Shown here piece by piece: positions 58,104 through 64,000 of a stretch of 64,000 bases of DNA. The stretch is taken from IMG/VR virus record IMGVR_UViG_3300031707_006565, positions 437-64,436 of that record. The stretch is one strand, 5' to 3'. The DNA comes from a virus (Duplodnaviria > Caudoviricetes). Position 1 is the first letter of the stretch, and every line of letters begins with the position of its first letter. The notes beneath the pieces are model-generated. The model ran no database searches, had not been told where the DNA came from, and saw nothing but the letters and a program-made list of their open reading frames with translations. Made by a program: the position numbers and the translations under genes.

Positions 58104-58298
58104 ATGCCAAAACCAATTACTGAAATATGTTATGAATGCGGACAGTCAGTAGCACCCGGTTCCGGTCGTTTTGTCAATCGGATACCAAGCTTCGATACAT
58201 TTCAACAAAGGAAGCAAAATGGGGTGCCGTTTCAGAAAGGAGAATATATATACCATGACTGTGATATTAAAATCAGAGATAAACGACCAAACAGTTAA
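58104..58298 (+). CDS. Small Zn-binding hypothetical protein
   Basis: GGAGG RBS; CYECG.SV..GSGRFVNRIP. Confidence 0.65.
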   Translation: MPKPITEICYECGQSVAPGSGRFVNRIPSFDTFQQRKQNGVPFQKGEYIYHDCDIKIRDKRPNS

Positions 58299-58311
58299 TA
58301 AAGGAGCAATC

Positions 58312-58662
58312 ATGATAAAATCACTAAAAGATGGCTCATTTATCGCAATGACGCGTTGTTTTGTTTGTGGCGAGGGCAAAGATATATTATTGCACCGTCA
58401 TTTCAAAGATATCAGTGTATTAAATAATAAAGCGATTTCAAAAGAGCCTTGTGATAAATGTAAAGCATATATGGCACAGGGAATTATTGTTATATCGATG
58501 CGCGATAACGAACTTGACCGTGATAATCCATATCGAACCGGTGGATGGTGGGTTATTAAAGAAGATGCCATGAACAGAATGTTCCATAATATCGATTTTG
58601 CCAAAAATAGGGTTATGTTTATCGAAGATAGTGCATGCGCAAAAATTGGTTTACAGAAATAG
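58312..58662 (+). CDS. Phage-type zinc-binding hypothetical protein
   Basis: CFVCGE...PCDKC...NPYRTGGW. Confidence 0.7.
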   Translation: MIKSLKDGSFIAMTRCFVCGEGKDILLHRHFKDISVLNNKAISKEPCDKCKAYMAQGIIVISMRDNELDRDNPYRTGGWWVIKEDAMNRMFHNIDFAKNRVMFIEDSACAKIGLQK

Positions 58663-58714
58663 AATGAGACCATCAACGATAATTAAAATAAGAAATCGCC
58701 CTTTGGAGGTCAAA

Positions 58715-58929
58715 ATGAAGCCAAATATGATGTATCTAGTGGCAAATGACCAAAAGTGCAGCGGATGCAATTGGAGGGTATCAATTTTATACTTAATGGC
58801 AGAAAGTAGCGAATAGTTTTGTTAAAGGAAACTCGATAAATGGGTAGCAATGCACTGTGTGGCGATTGTATGGCTGAATTATTAACAGATAGCGAACATC
58901 CTATCTATCCCCTCGAAAAACAAACTTAA
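58715..58929 (+). pseudogene. Disrupted small zinc-finger gene
   Basis: GGAGG RBS, CSGC, stop at 58814-58816; partner LCGDC follows in another frame. Confidence 0.45.
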
Positions 58930-59390
58930 GCTCGTAAACCCTCCAAAAACGCCTCAGAATCCAACGGTAAGTGAAAATAAGCCATCAATTCGCTCCAAAA
59001 ATAGTCAGGATCTACCACCAATCGACTAATTTTTGACTTTGCGCCCATACAATCATAATACTCATAACGGACCTTGGAATGATCCTAATTGTTTTAATAA
59101 ATAGACTAACGTATTGATTGCGGATAACTTGTAGTCTTTAATAATAAATTAATCGGATTTTTACTCTCTTATCGACCTGTATGCAACAAAAGAGAAGGCA
59201 TGTCTGTTGAGGACAGGACCCATAGTCATTAGGTTCTTTAACGCCGGAAAAGCCAGTAATAATCTTAAGTTGAGGTAAAAAGATTTTAATATTATTAGAT
59301 AATTAAATCGTAAAGAAAGTAATTATAAATCCAAATCTAAGACAATAGATACATGTCAGGGTCCACCTGGTTGTTAATTATTTTAAAATA

Positions 59391-59418
59391 TTGACATTAG
59401 GAAATAAGTATTCATAAT
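59391..59418 (+). promoter_or_regulatory. Sigma70-type promoter
   Basis: TTGACA-16 nt-CATAAT. Confidence 0.55.
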
Positions 59419-59443
59419 GAGGCAACGCTATTAGTGATTATCT

Positions 59444-60598
59444 ATGGCAAAACAAAAAAAACAAGCCAAAAAGAAGGAAATTAATAAAATCCAGGAAATA
59501 GTCGAAAGCTGGTCGAAATTACCAAAGAAATATCGCCTTTACTATGATATACACTATACAGAAAATATATATAACGGGGTCTACCAGATTATTTTATTTA
59601 TTGCAGATCACCAAATTAATAGAGAATATACTAAGTTACTCCAATTTCATTCAAAAGTTAATATCCAGACACAATTTGTTAATGCTGCCATTAAGCGCGA
59701 ACGGAATATTCCAATCACAGGTTTCTTGTTAGATAAAGAACATATAGAAAAATGGCCCCCTCCCGAAGCGGAAAAGAAAAATTACAAGGAGCTTCTGAAA
59801 TATATCGAACAAATAAGACTCAAAAATTTTCATCGACAATTGACTGGTATAGGCGATGAAAGAATCGAATTTATGACTTTTCTAGACAACATCGTGATGT
59901 TCCCGGTGTTTACCCGCCTGGAAAAAAGTGAGCGTTCTATCGTATGGGGAGATGGATTGGATATTTACAAAATCCTTTATGATTGTGCTCGACTATTGAA
60001 TAACGAAAAAGAGTTCCCTAAGGTCTTATCTCAGAAAATTGCTGAAATTTGTGATTTAATATTAGAAAAAAAACGAACTGGATCTGAAACCGTAAACAAG
60101 TATAAACCAGCATCTATAACAAGAATAAATGAAGATTTTCAGAAGTCAATTCTCGCTCGTCGTTATCTGGCAGAAATAACCGGTCCGCCACTAGATCAAC
60201 GCTACATCAACCGCGCCGAACAAATAAGAAAAAATAGCCGAGTCAAAGATGTAACAAATTATAATTGTTATGATTATTTTATTTCGCCTCTCTACGAGGA
60301 TCTTTTACAGGATATAAACAAGAGTGGCTATGCCAAGATTTGTGCATATAGATATTGTTCAATAATATTTTATAAAGACGAAAGTAATAAGAGTCATTGG
60401 AAATCCATGAAATGTTGTTGTATAAACCATACAGTGAACGAAGCTCGTATCAGACGATATGAGAAAAAACCTCAACCATCTAAGGATGCGAGCAAAAAAG
60501 CAAGAAAGAAAGAAAAGAAGAAAAGAAAGAAAGAACAAGCCAAGAAAGAACAAGCCAAGAAAGAAAAGGAAAAAGCCACCTTGCATCCTGCTTTATAA
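59444..60598 (+). CDS. Hypothetical protein with CGNR-like zinc finger and Lys-rich tail
   Basis: KICAYRYC..IFY...KCCC...RIRRY; 15-bp tandem encoding KEQAK. Confidence 0.6.
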   Translation: MAKQKKQAKKKEINKIQEIVESWSKLPKKYRLYYDIHYTENIYNGVYQIILFIADHQINREYTKLLQFHSKVNIQTQFVNAAIKRERNIPITGFLLDKEHIEKWPPPEAEKKNYKELLKYIEQIRLKNFHRQLTGIGDERIEFMTFLDNIVMFPVFTRLEKSERSIVWGDGLDIYKILYDCARLLNNEKEFPKVLSQKIAEICDLILEKKRTGSETVNKYKPASITRINEDFQKSILARRYLAEITGPPLDQRYINRAEQIRKNSRVKDVTNYNCYDYFISPLYEDLLQDINKSGYAKICAYRYCSIIFYKDESNKSHWKSMKCCCINHTVNEARIRRYEKKPQPSKDASKKARKKEKKKRKKEQAKKEQAKKEKEKATLHPAL

Positions 60599-60933
60599 AC
60601 TTAGGCATTTCACCTACCCCCCCCCAGAGTCAAATTTTTAAAATATTGCAAATCTAATTAAGGCTTAAATTATCAATTTTTGAAGTGTAAGGCATTGATA
60701 GTGAAGCCATTAATATCTATAGACAACGCAAAGAATTTTTTTTGCCCGTTGTCGAATTTTCAAATTCGATATTTACATATAGACTTAATCATGTTTACAA
60801 CAATAAGCAGGACAGAGCAAAATAGCTCGAATAATGTCCAAGATCGAGATTTTGCGGTAAAAATGAATAGCGGACTGATAATGTGTTATCTGAATAACGA
60901 ATGCAATAACGACTTTTGTAGTAAAGTCTAGAT

Positions 60934-62289
60934 ATGGATCAAATGCATCTTGAAATTCGAAGTTTTAATGATGGTCATTGTTTCTGGATGCATAACAACA
61001 TTCTCGAATTTGCACCAGGAGTTAAATACTTTAAAGTAAAAAACCAAAAGGGAAAGGTCAAAAAAGTGTCTCGTGTTAATGTTATCGCGGTCTATGACGT
61101 TCTGTGCCGGTATGCCAACAATAAATCGCAAACTTGTTACCCATCAACCCAGACAATAGCTCAAAAATTAATCGTTGCTCGCTCTACAGTAAATCTCTGC
61201 CTAAAGGTCCTTGAAAAATATGGGTGGATTAAAATCAAACATCGTAAAGCAGAAGACGGAAAGGCAGATACTTCAAATCTATATTATCTTTTAGAGTCCC
61301 CTGTCCGACAGGAAGACAACCCCCCTGACCGACAAGCGGACACAAACAATACTAACTCTTCTAACAAAGTTATTACTAAAAGTAATAAGGCAAATGTCTC
61401 TTCTTTTGGTTCTTTAGCTAAAAAACAAAACTTTAAAGAAAAAACATTACCTCAATATTGTCTTATCTTTGATCGTTGGAATAAGCTCAATAATTATCCT
61501 ATTGAACCGACAAAAAGAGGTTATCCGCCATATCATATTCAACAAACTATATCTTCTCACCACAAACGATACGGCACTGACCGGATTATTTGGGCTATGG
61601 ACTCTTACGAAATTGCAGTTAAGCAAGGCAAAGAAAAAAAGGTTCAGCTTCTAACATTTTTAAAATACTATTTAGAGAAATACATTCCTCCTGAGATTAA
61701 AATTACCGAAGAAGATGAAAAAAATATAAATCAGTTTTTTGCTCAATTACCGAAAGAGAATTCAGCCAACTGGATTTATGAACAAGTTAAGAAATATAAA
61801 GTCCTACAGATTTTAGAGCAATTTGACAAACAAAATTCTTCAAGTCCCTTCGAAAAATGGCGAAATATCGAAAAGATGTTGAGAAACAGTAAGGGATCAA
61901 ATATAAAACCAGATCAATTGAAAGATAATCCCGAAAACCGTGTGGGGATACCCGCAACTATCGAGAATACCATAACAGACTACGGAGAACAAAGTCGTTC
62001 GGATAGAGAAGAAGCAAATATCGATAATAAATGTCCAAATCAAGTAAAAGATATTATTGAGAAGCTCAAACCTCATAAGAATCTTAACTCTCATATTGCT
62101 TCATCTAAAAAACTTGAAGACACAGAGTTAAACCAAAAAAAAGAAAAAGAGCGTAGAAAAGTTATAGAATTCGACCAGACGAATAAAGCAAAGACTCAAT
62201 CGGTCGACTCTGTTGAAAATGATAAGTGCCAGAAATCGTCACAAGTTCAACATGATGGAAAAAGTCTATGCGGGAGTGTTAATGAATAA
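60934..62289 (+). CDS. Replication initiator-like protein (N-terminal winged HTH)
   Basis: VY.VLCRYAN...CYPSTQTIA..L...RSTV...L..LEKYGWI...SNLYYL. Confidence 0.75.
   Translation: MDQMHLEIRSFNDGHCFWMHNNILEFAPGVKYFKVKNQKGKVKKVSRVNVIAVYDVLCRYANNKSQTCYPSTQTIAQKLIVARSTVNLCLKVLEKYGWIKIKHRKAEDGKADTSNLYYLLESPVRQEDNPPDRQADTNNTNSSNKVITKSNKANVSSFGSLAKKQNFKEKTLPQYCLIFDRWNKLNNYPIEPTKRGYPPYHIQQTISSHHKRYGTDRIIWAMDSYEIAVKQGKEKKVQLLTFLKYYLEKYIPPEIKITEEDEKNINQFFAQLPKENSANWIYEQVKKYKVLQILEQFDKQNSSSPFEKWRNIEKMLRNSKGSNIKPDQLKDNPENRVGIPATIENTITDYGEQSRSDREEANIDNKCPNQVKDIIEKLKPHKNLNSHIASSKKLEDTELNQKKEKERRKVIEFDQTNKAKTQSVDSVENDKCQKSSQVQHDGKSLCGSVNE
61298..61342 (+). repeat. Two iteron-like direct repeats inside rep
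   Basis: CCCCTG(T/A)CCGACA..GACA, 24-bp period, 17/21 identical, followed by an AT-rich tract. Confidence 0.55.
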
Positions 62290-62695
62290 CGAAAATATCA
62301 AACCTTGCCGTTATTTTGCGATTTGCAACGCTTCCATCTGCCCGGCAATGAACTCAGACACCGGCGTTTGGTTCCCCGACGAAGGAATTTGCAGACGCAG
62401 ACGGTATTCCTCGGTATTAAGGTGGATTAAAATACAAAAGCGAATTTCTCGAAAAACGATATTCCGTGATTTCTACTTTACGACGAGCAGTCTCGAAAAG
62501 ATTCGGCGCGTAAGCAGAAAAACCATGGGAAAAAATCCGGACAAAAACAATCCCCGCTACCCCACCCAGAAACACCCCGAATTCACTGAGAAGACCGTGG
62601 CTAAGACGGGGGTTTCTTGCATCGCCTGCCCTTCAACGCCTTCAACTGCTACTAACGGTAAAAAGTTCGTTATAACACAAAATAGGCAAGATTAA
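62282..62695 (+). CDS. Cys-rich hypothetical protein
   Basis: C.YF..CNASICP...WFPDE.IC. Confidence 0.6.
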   Translation: MNNENIKPCRYFAICNASICPAMNSDTGVWFPDEGICRRRRYSSVLRWIKIQKRISRKTIFRDFYFTTSSLEKIRRVSRKTMGKNPDKNNPRYPTQKHPEFTEKTVAKTGVSCIACPSTPSTATNGKKFVITQNRQD

Positions 62696-62699
62696 CTAT

Positions 62700-62948
62700 A
62701 TGGCCCTTGAACAACATTATAGCGTTAAAACTCTAGCTAAGAAGATGGACATGAACCCGTCGACCATCTATGATAAAGTTCATAAAGGAGAATTAAAAGG
62801 CCGTAAGTTGGGAAAAAGTATTAGGATTAGTGAAAGCGCTGTAAATGAATGGCTAAAATCGGGCGATCAAAATAACGACAAGTTAGATGTCGATGATTTA
62901 TTAAATAAAAAAAGTGTTGATGTAAATAGATTGCTCAATAAAAAGTAA
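62700..62948 (+). CDS. xis: Excisionase-like HTH protein
   Basis: YSVKTLAK.M....TIY..V.KGEL....LGKSIRI. Confidence 0.8.
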   Translation: MALEQHYSVKTLAKKMDMNPSTIYDKVHKGELKGRKLGKSIRISESAVNEWLKSGDQNNDKLDVDDLLNKKSVDVNRLLNKK

Positions 62949-62965
62949 TCTTTTGGAGGATAATT

Positions 62966-64000
62966 ATGCCAATTCGTAAAAGAAAAAATGTATATTACAT
63001 TGATTTCAGTCATAACGGAAGGCGATATAGAAAGAAAATTGGAAAAGATAAAAAAACCGCGGAACTTACATTAAAAGAAATAGAAGTTAAAATCGCTAAA
63101 GGCGAGTATTTGGGAATATCAGAACAAAACAAGATTCTATTTGAATCTTTTGCTAACGATTATCTTGAATATGCGAAAATTCATAAGAAACCAAACACTT
63201 ATCGTAACGATTATAGTAATATGCATTACAATTTATTGCCATTCTTTTCCGGTAAATACTTGCACAAAATAGATGTCGCCACGATTGAAGGATTTAAAAA
63301 CAGAAAGATCCCAACTGGTAAGTTAACAGCAACTAACCGTTGTTTAGCATTGCTCAGCAACATGCTTACTATTGCAATCGATCGTGGGTTTGTAAACACT
63401 AATCCAGTTAAAAAAGTTAAAAGATTGAAGGAGCCACCAGGCAGGGTTAGATTCCTTAATGATTTGGAGTTAGAAAAATTAATAAAAGAACTCAATGGAA
63501 CAGTAAGGTCAATCGTTATCGCAGCATATAACACAGGAATGAGGAAAGGAGAATTACTTAAACTCCAATGGTGTGATATTGATATTCCGAAGGGTATTAT
63601 CAAAATTGAAAACACCAAGAATAATGAAACACGATATGTTCCAATAAATACTGAACTAAAAGCAGAACTACAAAATATGCCTCGATATGGAAATTTTGTT
63701 TTTTCTAAAAAAGATGGACAACCTTATAGAGATCTTAAGAAAGCTTTTAAATCTGCTTTAAAAAGAGCTGGAATTGAAAATTTTAGATTTCATGACCTGA
63801 GACATTGTTTTGCGAGTGATCTTGCAATGAAAGGTGTCGAACAAAGAACAATTGCCCAATTGTTAGGACATAAAACTCTTCTGATGACGATGCGCTATTC
63901 ACATCTTTCACAACCATATTTAAAAGAAACAGTGAACTTACTAGTAAAAAAGTCTGATGAAAATGTCACAAATCGGTCACAAACAGAGGTTGACAAATAA
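62966..64000 (+). CDS. int: Tyrosine integrase
   Basis: TGMRKGEL, TKN, FHDLRH, LLGH, RYSH. Confidence 0.95.
   Translation: MPIRKRKNVYYIDFSHNGRRYRKKIGKDKKTAELTLKEIEVKIAKGEYLGISEQNKILFESFANDYLEYAKIHKKPNTYRNDYSNMHYNLLPFFSGKYLHKIDVATIEGFKNRKIPTGKLTATNRCLALLSNMLTIAIDRGFVNTNPVKKVKRLKEPPGRVRFLNDLELEKLIKELNGTVRSIVIAAYNTGMRKGELLKLQWCDIDIPKGIIKIENTKNNETRYVPINTELKAELQNMPRYGNFVFSKKDGQPYRDLKKAFKSALKRAGIENFRFHDLRHCFASDLAMKGVEQRTIAQLLGHKTLLMTMRYSHLSQPYLKETVNLLVKKSDENVTNRSQTEVDK
63965..63983 (+). repeat. GTCACAAA x2, candidate integrase arm-type sites
   Basis: 11-bp-period direct repeat at the 3' end of int. Confidence 0.5.

Larger units (their letters stand above)
43200..64000. mobile_element. Tyrosine-integrase integrative element carrying a defence island (left boundary uncertain)
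   Basis: rep-xis-int at the right edge; plasmid/phage-type small genes; R-M cargo. Confidence 0.65.

Overview
Three blocks. (1) Bases 1 to ~39.47 kb: most of a transposable (Mu-like) myovirus prophage, all on the + strand; the left end and repressor lie outside the window. It has a DUF3102-like gene, DDE transposase, MuB-like ATPase, Gam, a GemA-like gene, holin and M15 endolysin, a GpA-type terminase, a portal-MuF-nuclease fusion, a moron, Com, head genes, a contractile tail and baseplate, and mosaic fibre genes. (2) 39.47-42.9 kb: a DEAH-box DUF1998 helicase plus an RNase H-like exonuclease (MrfAB-like). (3) ~43-64 kb: a tyrosine-integrase element (rep, xis and int at the right edge). Its small 'leading-region'-type genes are interrupted by a minus-strand defence island: type I R-M with a Lamassu/ABC-three-component system between hsdS and hsdR, a PD-(D/E)XK-like gene and a HEPN gene. 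The most striking observation is that most prophage intergenic gaps hold a short periodic or palindromic element from about 10 unrelated families. Also notable are a tRNA-like RNA with a 4-nt anticodon loop, an A9 tract at the portal/MuF junction, a Com gene followed by a repeat overlapping a terminator, and two signal-peptide paralogs directly after the capsid gene. All family calls come from motif recognition by eye; no searches were run.
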